Assembly (NCBI GenBank): GCA_964658305.1
Contig: OZ210885.1
Location: 9,920,001-9,984,000 of the forward strand
Reading direction: 5' to 3'
DNA length: 64,000 nucleotides
Origin: Leptogorgia sarmentosa
Taxonomy: Eukaryota
This document shows, piece after piece, positions 13,501 through 28,500 of the stretch; position 1 is the first letter of the stretch; each line of letters starts with the position of its first letter. A program made the translations under genes and the position numbers. The notes under the pieces are model-generated. The model was not told the DNA's origin. It saw nothing but the letters and a program-made list of their open reading frames with translations, and did no database searches.

Positions 13501-16500
13501 CTACATCTATGGTCACTTTATCTTTAGCAAAAATCGTTCTATTACTAAGTCGACAACAATTAAGAAAATAGATAGATAGATAAAACCTTTATTTACATAG
13601 GGTAGTCCCGTCAGTAATAAAAATTGCTGTTATCAATGGGAGCCCTATATAGACATATTGTGGAGTTCAGTACTGTTGATATCGACGAAAGCAACAATAC
13701 AAGATAGAGTAATCGTAGATGTACAACAGGTAAAATAATGTTGCATTAGATGTCATACGCTCCTGACTAAATTTTAGTCTGAGCAAGATGAACAAAATCT
13801 TTCACCAATTAGTAATACTGCAAAATTCAATCGCAAAAGGTCAGTCCTTAAAAGCTGACAAATTTGTATACTTTTTGTATTTGCGTGAATTAGTAACAAA
13901 TTTGATTATCAGTTTCAGCGCCCGTGATACAAATGGGCACCAATTCAGCATTTTCCGTATTCAACACCTCGGAAGCGGGCGAGTGGGCCGGGCAGGCTAC
14001 TGCACCCCCTCCCACCCCCTGCGATAACTTGCCAGAATTCTGACAACGATCTTTTTGGAAAAATGAAATATATGAAGGAATCTAGACTTCAACAAGATTT
14101 ATTTGGTCTCTCCCCAAACGCGGGTAGAAGGTAATCACTAATATCCATTTTCAAGCGCCCAATCGTGAGTTCTTTTCGATGGGCCTTTTATTATCCAACT
14201 TTTCACAACCAAACATTTAGTTTTTCTAATTTTGATAACGTCACAAAATGTCCCTCGTTTATCCCTCATTAAAATCTTTCTAAAGCGGAAGTCGTCCATT
14301 GCAAATAAGCTTAAAGTATGTAGCACGACTATAGCCGGAGCCAATTAGTATAATGGTGAAATAAATAGAAATTCTTATATGACTGAAAATTAACTTCATG
14401 TTGCTCGCTATCTTTTCAAGTAATCAAAAACCGATTTCAAGAAGCAGTACGTCTTAGTCTGACTGGGAAATATTGTGTTAAATGTATACAATTGATAAGA
14501 CAGAATATGGAGCGCCTTAAGCTTAATGTTATATATTGGGTCTTCGTTGTTGCCTTGCCATATAACGATGCTTTCGAGAAAATAGCGGTAAATTAAACAG
14601 TTCCTAGAGTGAACCCACCTGATTGCCGCGGACTGACCTTCATAACAGGAAAGGGACTTTCCAGTGTGGAAACACCACAACCTCACACTTCCTTCATAGT
14701 CTCCAGAGATAATATACTTTTTATCACCGCTCACAGCGACACTTGTAACAAAGGATTCATGACCCTTAAGAGTACGAATTTCTTGATATATTTTTAAATC
14801 CCAAATTTTTATTGTCCCATCGTATGAAGCAGACACAAGCATTGGATTGTTTTTTCCTGAATCTAAACGAGAAACTTCGCACTTTAGTCGAACTGGCACA
14901 AAAAAACAAGGGAAAGCAAAGTACATGATATCCTAAATATATTCAATAACTCGATCGTTGACAGGAGAGATTTTCATATAATGCACTCTGCAAGTCCAGG
15001 CAATGGATTTTGCAGTCGTCCATATACAGAAAGTTTATTTTGTTAAAACCGTTAGGATATTGAAGAGAAATTTACGCAAAAAAGAAATTCCAATGTGTCA
15101 GGATTAACTTGAAATACTCAAAATATGGCCGAACCGTCTGGCGCGTACAATAGTCATGATCACGAATAAATAGTGCAAAGTAACATCATTCTTCTAGTTA
15201 GTTTTGCATATTATGTTAAAGCTCATTACCTCCGCAATGAGGTTATGTAATCATCTTGGTTCGTTTGTGTGTATGCGTGTGTGTGTGTATGTGTGTGTTG
15301 GTCTGTGAACACGATAACTTGAGAAATATCGAACATCTTGCACAATTGTTTGCCATTGCACAAGGAAGAGATGATAACATTTTGGTTCAATTCGGCTGAG
15401 AATCAAGTAAAACATTTATGAAAAAAAAACATTCGTTGCTTCTTTTTTAAATATGAACGCGTAATGAGGTTAATTGATATTCTGGATGTGTTGTGTCAAT
15501 TAGTATATTTACTGTACCAAATTTGAGTGAAAATTTACTAAGCCCCCACCATCTGCTTAGTCCCCTCTTCAGATAACCGCTCACCTGAAAGCAGGAAAAC
15601 ATAAATATCCCCCAAGGGGCTAAATAGAGGAAATACGGTAGTCTTTCTTGAAGCTGCTCGAATAGTTAATTTCGCAATACGTGTTTAATTGGATTTTATA
15701 CAAAATAAACTTCTTTCTCGTTTATTAAAAATAAATAGGAAATACGCAGTCGTAATCAACGTTTAATTTGGCCCGCAAAGTTCTAAAGGTTTGTTGAAGT
15801 TATTTCCTAATTTTATGATAATATAAGTGTTAAAACAAAGTTTAACTTCTGAAAAGTCTTAAACGTTTTTTCCTGAGGAAAGATTAGAGTACCCATATTT
15901 ATAATTGCTATTTCTACCTATATCAATACTATGTACTGTAAAGGTACTGAAAAGTCTAATGAAAGTTCGTAAGAACTCTGCGTCGGTGCAATTACTCAAA
16001 CCAGAGTGTAACAGTTCTGAACAATACGTACACTGTAGCACGTACCGCAATGGGAAATTTTCATTGCTGCATTTCATGATTATTGGTTTGCACATGTATT
16101 CATATTTATGATTGGGAACATAACTGTGTTTAAATGGTTTTAACTGTTGCCTAACTGCTCTTTCATGTCACTGAGTAGCTGTGAAAATTGACTGATTAAA
16201 TTAAATTATTATCACATTTATTCAAGCAATTAACCTACCAAGTTCTAACAGTACAGCACAATGTTTGTCACAACAATTATAAAGCAGGTCAAACTACATC
16301 ATTTTTGTCTGTTGGAATAAAAGGGTCTGAGGTGAAGATGGACAAGATAAGTCAAACGACACCTGGCTATATACCTTGGCAATGGACAGTATATCTAAAA
16401 CAATATTACTTAATAAAAAACATTCACGTTGGCTTTCATCCGTCACTTCATGCCAAATAAATGCCAAGTCTTTTGAATCTACTAGTACATTATTACAATT

Positions 16501-19500
16501 TATACATTAAGGTCTGAGACACAGGGTAATCAGTTGAAATACACACACAAGCAAATTGTCTCAAAGTATTTTGAGAAAGCTATCATAGATAAATCTAATG
16601 GCCATTTTAAAATACTCTTAGCATATACAAATACAACCAGCCTAAAAATTTGAAATAAATCAGAAAGTCCTAAAATAGTGCTTGAACATGAAAGCACTGG
16701 TTACCACCATACTAACATTTAAGGAAAGACATTGCTTTCTTTCTAGGCATAATTTTTCATTACAATATTAGAATGTTATTGCAAGCAAGTATTTTTGTGC
16801 AACAATTGGGAAAATTTTTTCCAAAACATGATATTCCCCTCCAATCCTTGCTTTATTGAACCATTAAGGAAGTTTATAATAAAGAATATGTTTTATCCGA
16901 AAGAAATAACACAAATATAATTCTGAAGAGACTCTATTGAAGTAAGATCTTCAAAATGTTATGAAATATTAACTCATACAGTATTGCATACCTGTTGCGA
17001 CAACACATGTCACCCCATCTGTATGGCCAACCAAACTGGCCTCAAAATTTAGTGTATCGGCTTTCCACAACTTGATAGTCTTGTCATGATGTGATCCAAC
17101 AGTAGCAATGAACTGTCCATCTTTGGTCGTACACAGCGACCTGACTCCCTCAGGAATACTTGTTGAGAGGTTTTCTCCGGTAGATACACAATACACTTTC
17201 AGCCCTACAACGCATGATGGATACTCGTCAGACTGATGTTTCAATAATGTCTAACCCTAGACGATTTTGTGAAATCTTGTTTTTAATTGTGTCCCTCTCC
17301 GGCGCTGAACATGCTCTGGCTGTTGCTGGCTTATGTTTTTCACTGCGTTTCACTGCGCTCTACACGACGTTTACAGTTAACCGCTGGTTTGAAGATACGC
17401 AGACGCTGGAATCCTCAAACCAGCTGTGAGCTGTTGCAATTATTGTTTGAATATGAACAATTTGTACTTTTGCAGTGGCGTAACGGAGGGGTGTGAGGGT
17501 GTCCAGTGACAGGGGGCAGGGGCGAAACTTGAACCTTGTCATTGGGGGGGTTATGGGCAAAAATGCCCTGCAAGAAATTGGTATACCCTGCATATTCCTA
17601 AATTGTTGGTGAGTGGGGGGGGGGGGGGGGTTCTCCGCGAGTGGGCTTACAAGCACCAAAACGTTTCATGCCAACTTTAATGCCAATTCAAAACTGTTGA
17701 TAGTCAAATTTTTTCAAATGAATATATAGTCATTTCGTTTTGCCCTGCGAACTGCCTCTTTGCCCTGCACAGTTAAGCATTGGGGGGGTTACTCACCCCC
17801 CCTAACCCCCCCTTAAGTTTCGCCCCTGACAGGGGGCCCCCGAACTTTAGGGGCGCCCGACATAATGAACAGAAAAAATTGATAGCACATTTCTGGGGAA
17901 TTCAAATACGAAAAACAGACAGATAGGCAGGTTTGGAAGAGAGAAGCGAAATTCATTAAATTCAACTTCGGGTTCGAGTCTATTCTGTAACAAAGTGACG
18001 TTTGCCGTTGTGTAGACATAAGTGGTAAATTCAGCCTACTAATTAGTGGCGCAAAGGGGGCCCCAAAGTGGTCGACTGTCGGAGGGCCCCCAGTGGTTGC
18101 GTTACGCCACTGTACTTTTGGCGAAGGTTGAGAGGTGCTACTAAAACAGACGTATCTGGTTTTCCCCGGAAATCATTTTACTACAGCTACGTTGTAAAAC
18201 TGCTGTTCCTGGCATCAAACACAAAAAGAATTAGTGAACATGGTCCATGATACGATGCCGTTTGTAAATTTTATAAACCAACCCTCTACCATAGCTACAT
18301 TGTTGTCAAATTGTATGCATTGTACAGGGCATCCATACCAGTGGTACTGTTGGTAAAACTTGGTTACAGATGGTGAAAGTTACATCCGTGAAGCAAGGGC
18401 CATGTATGGCAGTTGGGCTTCGTTCAAAATAATGAAAATATACTTTGTTTTCAAATGTAGTCGATTATATACAAGTTGTAACCTGCAGTACAACAGGTTA
18501 CAGGTACGAATTCAGATAAAATGGTTGAAATGTACGACGGATTACAAACGAGCTCTCTTTCTCTCCAACACGTTTCCGGAAGTTGAAATACAAATTTTTA
18601 ATTCTTTTTTTTCACCGAGTATATACCGCACGAAATAAAGACAAACACCATTGAAATCCTAGTAAAATGATCTTTCGAACGGTGGGTCACAAAAAAATAA
18701 AGATTGATCGTCGGAAACGTAAGGCATTAGCATCTATCTGAGAAAAACAGAGTCCAATATGTTGAAATCCATGTCCTTTTTTCCCCCTGAAGCAGCATAT
18801 TCATGAAACCTGTTTTATGTTCGTGTTATTTGCACATATAAAAACATTTCTACAAGCTTTTTTGCAATTGTCAAAAATTTCCGCACGCGCACGGCATTTA
18901 CTAAAACAAGATAAATCAGATTGCGCAATAGTCTGAAACACGTGGAAAACATGCCTTTGATTACGTAGGGTGCGTATTCGTATGTTTTTCAGTCTTGGAT
19001 AAACTCACTTCTGGTTTATTCGCACGCGACATGAAAAACACGACAGGTGTCACCAGGAATTTCACCTCGACCTAAATTAATATGGTGTTGGAGAGAAAGA
19101 GTAAGTAATACATTTTAAAATAAGATTATGCTGCACGAAACTGAGGAAATGTTTCTGAATTTCACATATTCGCTACAAAGCACAAGTTGAATAAATACAG
19201 TCTGTGTACTCAGAGTGTACAGAGTGTACTCCCACTCAAATATGGAACGTTACGTGAAACCCAAGAACTGAAACGATATGCATCAATCTGCCTCATAAAC
19301 GTTCTTGAATTAAAATGTGAAGCCAATTCTTTTAGTAAATAGCGATGTACACAGTGGCGTAACTACTAGGGGCCGAACCTGGCCGGGGGCCCTGGGAAGA
19401 GGTTTCTTCAGGGCCGTGGCTAATATGAAATTCAAATAATTTTTATTGAAACTGAAGAGGAAAAAGAGTTCGAAGTGAACAAAATGTTTGATATCATTCA

Positions 19501-22500
19501 GTAGCTAGCAAGGGCGTCAATCCGTTCCAAAAAGTGGGGGGGGGGACCATAAGCTTGCGGGCTACATTTTTTCAGGGAGAGGACAGAAAGATCTTTGCCC
19601 GAATTTGACGGTAGCGCCACCATGGTTGGCGCCGAGCGAGAAATTTTTGAACTTTTATAACCTCTGGATTGCCGTAAACGGCGATTTCAAAGTCCTAACT
19701 CCACTTTCTTGGTACGCTCGTTCAGGTGAACGACTGGAGGATTGTTGACATTATTTTAATTTTTGGGGGGGCAGGTGCCCCTCTTGTCCCCCCGCCTCGT
19801 ACGCCTATATGTGGGGGGGGGGGGCAAAAATCTGTCTGTTGTAAAATAGTAATGAAACGTGCCCCTTTCTAGAAGGGTCTGGGGGCAATCTTCCCCAAAA
19901 AATTTTGAAATTTGAAACATCATGCAATTTTCCCAAAAAATACCATTTTCAGCGTTCTGGGAACGATTTTTACTAAAATAATTCCGCCGAATTTCTTGCC
20001 TAAATTATATGAGAATTTTTTGTCGATGTCGAATGTGTATTATTCGAATACGTATTATTTTAATAAAACAATAAAGATTTGAATCGCAAATGAAATGATT
20101 TCTTCAACAATTATATCAATTGTACATAAAATGATCAATAAAAACAAAAGCAAATTTGAACGTGTGTACGTGGCTGAGGTCCGTTTGTTGCTTTTCCAAT
20201 TAGGATTTCATTCGCAGAAATATTCGAAGGCTCCGAATAGTTCTCTTCTGATCTCAGATTGTTGATTGTACTTCACAAATCACGATGTATAGCATACAGG
20301 CATGGGGTTTTAAGATTACCAAAAAACATTTTTTTTAAACATGATAAAAAGTGGGGGGACAATTTGATATTCGTCCACCCCCCCCCCCCCAGGATTGACG
20401 CCCTTGGTAGCTAGCTGAAACAATTTTGTTGGCTTTTAAATTGTGCTTGGATGTTGACAGTATATTAATTGTTCTAAATATTACAGTCAAACTTTTACGG
20501 TTGTCATTGTTTCTGCTTTATAGGAACTTATTTCAGTGTGCTTCTTTTTACCGAACGTTTTTGCCTTTTGGGTATAATTGAAGCAGAAGAGATGTTAATT
20601 AAATAGCTATAATATATTCGATAAGAAATACCAGAATTAAAATGCATATCACATGCAGAATTCAGGAGAATATTTCGTAGAGTTAGCATAGTAAAAATGT
20701 GAAGCTAAGAGGTATAATTAAGAGGCCATCCACAACAGTTCAACCGAGGGCCGACACTGGAGATTTACGCCGCTGAATTTGCAACGTAAAACAAACATTT
20801 TGTGAACGTATTTTCAAGTATTTTTATTTGAAGAAAAAATAATTATTTTAATTTAATAAAAGTATTCCAATATTGAATTTGGTACCGCGGGGTAACATAT
20901 ATCCGAAAGTATGATCATTTGCGGAATTATTTGACAAACATAATATGAAAAGGATTTAAATTTTTCTCCAATGGCATCGTTGCTGGCGTTCCTTCAGAAC
21001 CGTTAAATCCGTACACGTCAGCAAAATCTTATTTCTTATCGAAACTCGCGCACTTTAATACTAACTTTTAAGCAGAGCGGATGTCGAGAAAACGTTTATG
21101 GAAATTTTCGTTTACCTATTCTGAACAACATTTTGATATCCTAGTTTGATTTGTGTTTAAGATGCTTACCATAGTATCTTCCAATAAACACTCGCTGATC
21201 ATCTGCACTGAAATCCAGAGCATTAACTAGAGTATCCCCTTGGAACACAAAAAGCTGTTCATAATTCTCCATTCTCCAAAGGATTGTACTTCGGTCCCAC
21301 GACCCCGACGCTAGTATTGTTCCACCTTGTGACACAGCCAAACAACTAACTCTGTTAGAATGTCCCTGTAGTTTTTGAACTTCTCTACCTGTTTATAAAA
21401 TAAGATAGCACGTATATAAAAGGGTGTAATAGGTAATTTTTACTCACATCGTTACTACATTGGCAGTATTTTTCGAAACATTGCGGCGATAAAATAAATG
21501 ATTGAGACAAGTAACTACATCAACTAACCCATCAGCTACACTCTGTTTACACCGCTAACTTCCATTTATACTATTACGTCCCTATAGCAACTTAAACAGC
21601 TATGTAACCGATAGACAAACACCGAAACGATCTTCAATACTAAAAACAAAACAACTGTAATTTTGCGGAATTTACTGTGTCGTGTTTTAAAGGCGTGTGT
21701 TTTCATTTGATTACTTCTTGGGATTTCATAAAAGTATGCCCTCATCTTTGTTGTGCAAGTCCATAGATATAGGTATCGAGCCAACTTGAACGCTTGGGTA
21801 AGACTCGCTACCGGTCCCTGTTGCCTCGATAACTAAAGTGGTAGAGTAACGGTCAATGCCGAACAGTTTACTGAAACTTATAATATATTTACTAGTGTTT
21901 AAAATTTAGTGGCTGATGTTGGTGGTAGAACAGAAAGTAGATAATTGGAAAGCATGCATGAAGCTATGAACAGGAAATATTCTATACAGCAAATACCAAT
22001 GATTGCACAGGAATGTTTTCCTACTTGTATTTGTAATATGCACACGATTTCTTAATAATTGTATGTTTTATTGTTTAGAAGAAATAATATGTCACTCTGT
22101 CCGATTTGATTTTTATAGTTTGATTATTATGTTGCAGACAAAAGAAAATCCCTCCAGCCATTTGTGAGATTTTTTAATTTTTTACCCAGTAAACATTGAT
22201 CCTGTTCAAGAAATGACTGAATTAATTTTTATCCCAGCGTAAATCTGGATGAACATGTCTCTTCAAGTATCTAATCCAAATTTCAAATATCATCATATGA
22301 CGACGACTACCGTACATGATTGTCTAATTTTCTAATGAATTATCAATTACTTTACTTTAACTTTTGTTCCCTCACACATAACAACTGCATATTAACTATA
22401 TTCTCATTTCAATGAATAACCAAGATCAAAGCTTTTGTTTAGCTAAAAAGGCATGTATGAAGATGCTTAAAATAGAGTCATAGTATATACGCTACAATTC

Positions 22501-25500
22501 AATTTGTCAGCTTCCAAGACTGAAACTTTTCTCAAAAACCGGGGCAGTGGGCTACAGGCACTGAGATATAATATTACTGGAGTGCACTCGACTTTTTCCA
22601 TGCAAAGGAGTGAAGCCAAAAACATGGCGGATTTTCCGTTGCTGACGCCACTGGTTCCTATTTCTCACATGATTTCCACTGACCAACAGCGGTCTCATGT
22701 TTCCGACGACGATTTTCCCTCTTTGTTTTTGTAAAAAAAAGCCGAAATTTTGTTTTTATATTGAAAAAATCAAGACGAAAAGGCCGAACTTTTGCACGGC
22801 TGGAAAGGTTTCACAATCATTATAAGAAAGCAGAGTTATTTGAACCAGAAAGGTAAATGAAATCCTTTTTTATGCAAAAAATTGAATAAAATATTTTCTA
22901 AAACGACTACCTTTCAAGTTTCAAATAGGAATTTCGAGCTCTGAATATCTGTGTCGCTTCATTTTTAACTAACTACAATAGATGTCGCTACTTCTTCAGT
23001 CGTCTTGAAGGTATCAAGACGATATGATATATCAAATGATATCAGAATGTCAAAAAAGGAAGAAAACCGAAATATCCTTTGCAAAAACCAAAATATTTTC
23101 GCCAAAACAAATCCTTAGTGGGCTCACAGTTAGTTGTGGTCAGTGGTGCTCCAATGAAAATTAGGAACCAGTGGCGTGGATTCGAATGAATCCACGCCAT
23201 AATTTTGGCTTCACTTTTTGGTGCCGTGCACTCTCTCCAGTATTTCTTTAGCTCAGTGGCTACAGGTCTAAAAAATTTGGATAATTATCCGTGTAACGAA
23301 ATGAGATTTGGATGGCGTGATATTATTAATACTTACTTATTTGCGCGAAATATGACGTGTGTATACAGTGGTTTATTTTACACTGCACCATTGTTTTAGC
23401 TGAACCCGTGTAACTGTTTCTTGAAAAAATTCCAACTTCTATTTCAAGCATAAAAAGGTCAGCACTCATTTTCAAGCTGAAATTTAGACCACGTCGTCGA
23501 GTTTGTGGCGTTGTAGATTTTAAGGTCCCTACTATCAATTATTGGACGACGTCGCATGAAATACCGCGAGTTATCGTTGGCGAGCGGATCAATTATTTGC
23601 CGATTCCGAGAAGCTTTCTGAGGCCAGTGGCCAGTGAGCTCCATGATATTATAGCGCCGTAAATTTCCGATGTAATCAACTACTGTACATGTGACAGCAG
23701 GTAAGTTAAACATGTACTTTATTAAACTTTTTATCTAGTTAATTCATTATCAGCGCTAACAAAAAGAATTGAAGCTGAAGGCTCGTACAACGTTTCATGA
23801 CAAGGGATGATTTTGCACTGCAAAGTTTTGTTAATTAATAACGTCACCCGAGTGGCTTTGCGAAATTGAGAGCGATTTCAAATTTGCTCAGTTTTTTATA
23901 CACGTATATCGCGCAGCCGTTCAAGAGTGAGGATATGGTTGCACATATAATTACAATTACAAGCAGAGGCGGCATTGAATCTGTGTTTTATCCCTTTTCC
24001 GGACTGACGATCGGTCAAAAGAAAAAAAACCTATTGAAAACCCCAAACCTTGCCATTAGTTTATCCATAGTATACGTTACTACACGGTTACCTACCTGTG
24101 TCAAGGTCAAAGATTGTGATTGAACCATTCATTAAACCACAAAGGACAAGAGTAGCGGATGAGGTATTGGACGTCGCTAATGAGCATACTTCTAAATCAA
24201 ACTTTTTTCGAAAGATCTCTGGGCCTCCAAGATCTAAACATGAGAATTCCGGTATAAGACGGCAAGTCTCCGTGCATGTTGCACGGAGTTGCTCTAATAG
24301 CGTCTTTATCCCCGGATACTCTTCATTTGATAGCAGTCTGCCTGTAAAACAAAATTACACAACATTATTAACGTACGTAACAAAATCATAACATTTAAAA
24401 TAGCTATATAAAGATTAAGACATTTTTTTGACCGGGAAAAATTAAAATTGAACAACTGATTATACTATATATATCTGTTTCTTGATTATTAACACAATAG
24501 GTTCTTAAAATTAATCATATGAGCCCCTTTCTAATTTCTAAAGGAAGTTTTTGATTTTTTTAACAAAATGTTCGTTCCCCTTCAGTGACTTTCATATAAA
24601 GGAGACATAAAGTAATATCAAAGTTTGAAACTGAGACAATGAAAAAAATGTTTTTGAAAGCTTTGTAATTGTTGAAATGATGTTGTATTCTCTTTTGTAT
24701 TGTGACAGTAAAAAGATGAGTAATTTATTTTATGATAACGGAACGAGTATTTATGAAATGATATATTTCCGCATATGTTACACTGACGAGGCTTAATTCT
24801 GCTATATACCAGCAGTTGTCATGCTTAGTTGCTAGTTACAATTATTGACATCAGAACCAACGATTAACATAGTATGATGGGGGGAAGGATCCCCCACCCC
24901 CTCCACTGCCCCCCCCCCCCCACTGATGGGTTTTGCCCCCCCCCCCCCCCCCCACTATAATTTCATGTTGTTACTTTAGCATATAGCATAAAATAGAAAT
25001 GCATGCACTATTCAATGTTGAGAGGTAGCAAGCCACCTTCTACTGAGTTCATTTCAACGTTCTGCGTCGTCTCGGCCCACAGAATGACAGTAGAAAGGTC
25101 TGTGTCGACATGTAACATACTCTTCTCTGATCTAAGAACATCAACCTCCGATACAACATTAGTTGATCGACTATTAATTCACTGGAATGGTGTTGCCACT
25201 GCACATTATGACCCACAGCCGGCTGTTCAGAATTTCATGCTTAGGAAGGACCGAAGAATGAAATTGTCAGTTACCAGCACATATAGTGAAAGAGACTTTA
25301 TTAAGAAGTTTTTTGAATAGCCTATGAAGTTTAATTTTAACCAAATAAGACAAAATGTTCAATCCATTCATATTGTCATTCTAAGACGGAAAGAACAATT
25401 AAATTGATGAGATTACACGTCATATACAATCTCTTGGCCTTAGGCTTAGCCTTCATCCTAATTTACTATCATTGTATAGGTTGAAAGAGTTCATATTTTG

Positions 25501-28500
25501 TAAAGATTAAGATTTAAGTATGTTTTGCTAAATATATTACACAAAATACAATGCGTCGATGTGAGAAAAATTTAACTAAAGATAACTGATCGTATCATTT
25601 TAAAAATATTTTTCATTCAATAACAAACACAGAAACTGTCCCACTATTACTGGTCCCTTCGGTCGTAACCAAAAGGTCCCTTCCGTACAACGCCCCCCCC
25701 CCCCCCATGAGCAATTTCTTAATAAAGGCCCTGTGTTCTTGATTAAGTTAGCAATGTTCTTTACGACGGGAAGGATATGCAACATGTGCGGTTATGCATA
25801 AAGTCCATAAATATCGACTTCAGCTCTGGGAAGAGTAATCTTTCTTTGGTGGTGACTTCAAAAAATCTTGGAAGTTTTCATTGTATATAGTCATTTTCGG
25901 GAAGTTGAGATTACAGACATATTTACGATCGTGCTATAGTTCTCTTATCTGATCATCGGTGGCTGAGGTAGCCTTATAGCTTTTATATACTGCTGTTCTG
26001 ATTGACTTAGCTTCTGAGAAAATTCAACAATATTAATGTCATGGTTTCATGGAGGTGATCCACGTAAATTTCTTAAAACTCCAAATCCTTCATCCAAATT
26101 TATTAACTTGTTGACACAACTTTCTGATTTTAAATTTTAACTTTAATATCATTTTAGTCAATTTCATGGACGCTGATTGGCTAAAAAGCTTCCACAACTG
26201 CGAATTTTTCAAATACCACGGTTTCGAGCCCGCGATACGTACATTATAAAAACAAATAAATAAACGCTTATCAATATCAACGCTAAAATTATTGTTTTTT
26301 TTGTCATTTATTGTCAACTTTGGACAAAAAAGTTTAGTGAACGTGTAGTACAATGATATTAATACGAAATTACACTTGTTCTCGAAGTATTAATGAAAAC
26401 ACAAGGGTTTTTATATTAGTGAATATATGGAAACCACGCAAGTAAAAACCAATCGGATGGATTTGATACACCAGTTTTCGAAAGAAATGTGGAATCTTAT
26501 CGTTCGTTTGGGAAGTGAAACAAAATTTAGCAAAAAAATAAAGTAATTACCTAACAGCTGTGGACCAATAGAATGCAAATTCTTCTCGATAACCGTCGAA
26601 GACAGCATCAACGACGTCTTGAGCAGTTCGATTTCTTTCGAGGGAGGGTCCAGAAAACGAAAATCTGATATTAAGGCGGGGAGATCGAATCGATTCACCT
26701 TTTCATAAAGCCAGTTAAAATTGAAGAACACTTTATGTAGTTCATCAAATTGTTCGGAGGAGTGGAGGTGATAGGTCAGGTACTTGAAATAATAATCTTT
26801 GTTTCCTTCAAATTTCCCCCAATCACCGTTCTCGCAGTGACCACGAAGTGCCTCCACGAACAAGCATTGAACAGAACTTAGTTTGCCTCCTAGTTTTGCA
26901 CGTGCAAAACCCAAAAGGAGATCGTGGAGCCGACAGCTCTTTTTGCCATTGATACCAGATACTGAAAATTATCGTTAGACCATTCACTTTGAGTATTCTT
27001 TGTTACAAGACAGTACAGCAGTCTGGGGCCCAGGCGGGCTATAGTACAATAATTTTTCGAATTTAGCATACCCCAGGGAGATGGAAGTATTTTCCCTTCA
27101 ATTCGATTAGTTGCTCATCTAGGAATGTCAGTGGAAAACACTGAAATATTGGGCAAATGAACGGGCAAATTTGGATTGCCGACATACGGAATTAATTTTG
27201 CGAACGTAATTACGATTATAGCTGAATGATATATTTTTCTCAAACTTGTTTGACATTGGTTTGATCAAATGTTCAGCCTAACAACTTGTTGACAGTTAAT
27301 ATAAAGGTTTGGCAAAGGAGCTGCAGTAAAAAAAATGTTTCAAAAACCTCACGTCGTTTTCGTGAATTTCATTTGATTAGCTATGGTGCAGGGAGCAACA
27401 GACAAATTTAGCGATCGCAAAAGTTTAAAAATAAGACATCATCACAGTTGGAAACAACATGCTGAAAATAGTCTGAATGCAAAGTTTGAAGAATAAAATT
27501 CATAAAATGGGGAAATTGTGCCCATGCAAATTTCGTACAATTTACAAACTATTTATAACGCAGAAGTAATTTAATAAACAATTATTGGATGAGGCTGAGC
27601 ATGATATCAAGAATTATTCAGACTTCTTCGTTATCTGCCGAAGCGAAGCTGAGGCGGATAACATTGACCGAGGTCTGAATAATTCTTGATATCATGGGAA
27701 AGACGAATCCAATAATTGTTTTATTATACATTTAAAAGACACAGTAATTTGGAGAGTTCACATTCATTCAGCGAAGCAAATCTGCTGCAGGCCATTGTTT
27801 GTTTGTTTGTTTTTTTTCGCGCGCTTTTAGCTTCAAGCTTTTGACAGCGCTGGGACTTGGGCACGAGAGAGTCCAATAATTTTTTTTTGGATGCAAGTTC
27901 GATCCAAAAAAATAATTATTGGACGCTGATGACGTCACCAGCGAAAAATACGTAATAAATACCAAATACTGAGAATTAGCCGATGCTTTCTGACCAATCA
28001 GGAACGAGAATAAGTATTAAATGTATAATAATACCCATTATCGTCTGAAATGGATATAATTTAGTTTGTGCTGATACAATAGTACACAAAATGAACTGTG
28101 TCTGGCAATGATATTCCCATTTTATGATATTTCTTCTTTAAACTTTGCAGTTTTAGTATACACCCAACCATCGTCTAATAAAAATGCTACATCCTGATTG
28201 GCTACTCAGCCGTCGTCTATTTAACAAATAGTCGCTAATAGCCAACTCGGTAATTTTTGCACGCTATTTCCAACTGTGGCAAGATTTTTGTCTATTATCA
28301 TGCACCCTGCCTTCATTTACCTTTTTGAATCATCGACTTCTTTTCAAGCTCATCAAGTATACGTCTTGCTTCACGACGGCTGCACGAAGTTCTTCCGGCT
28401 ACTTTGGAAGACCAAAACAGCTCAAGAATGTCTGATGGTACATCCGTATCTTCTGGAAATAAAGCGAAATGTAGAAACTTTTCTCGTATTTCTTCGTTCA

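Noticed and set aside
17360..18250. MITE inserted in a coding exon
   Set aside because: Exon 9 starts at 17204 and joins exon 8 in frame, so the MITE is intronic.
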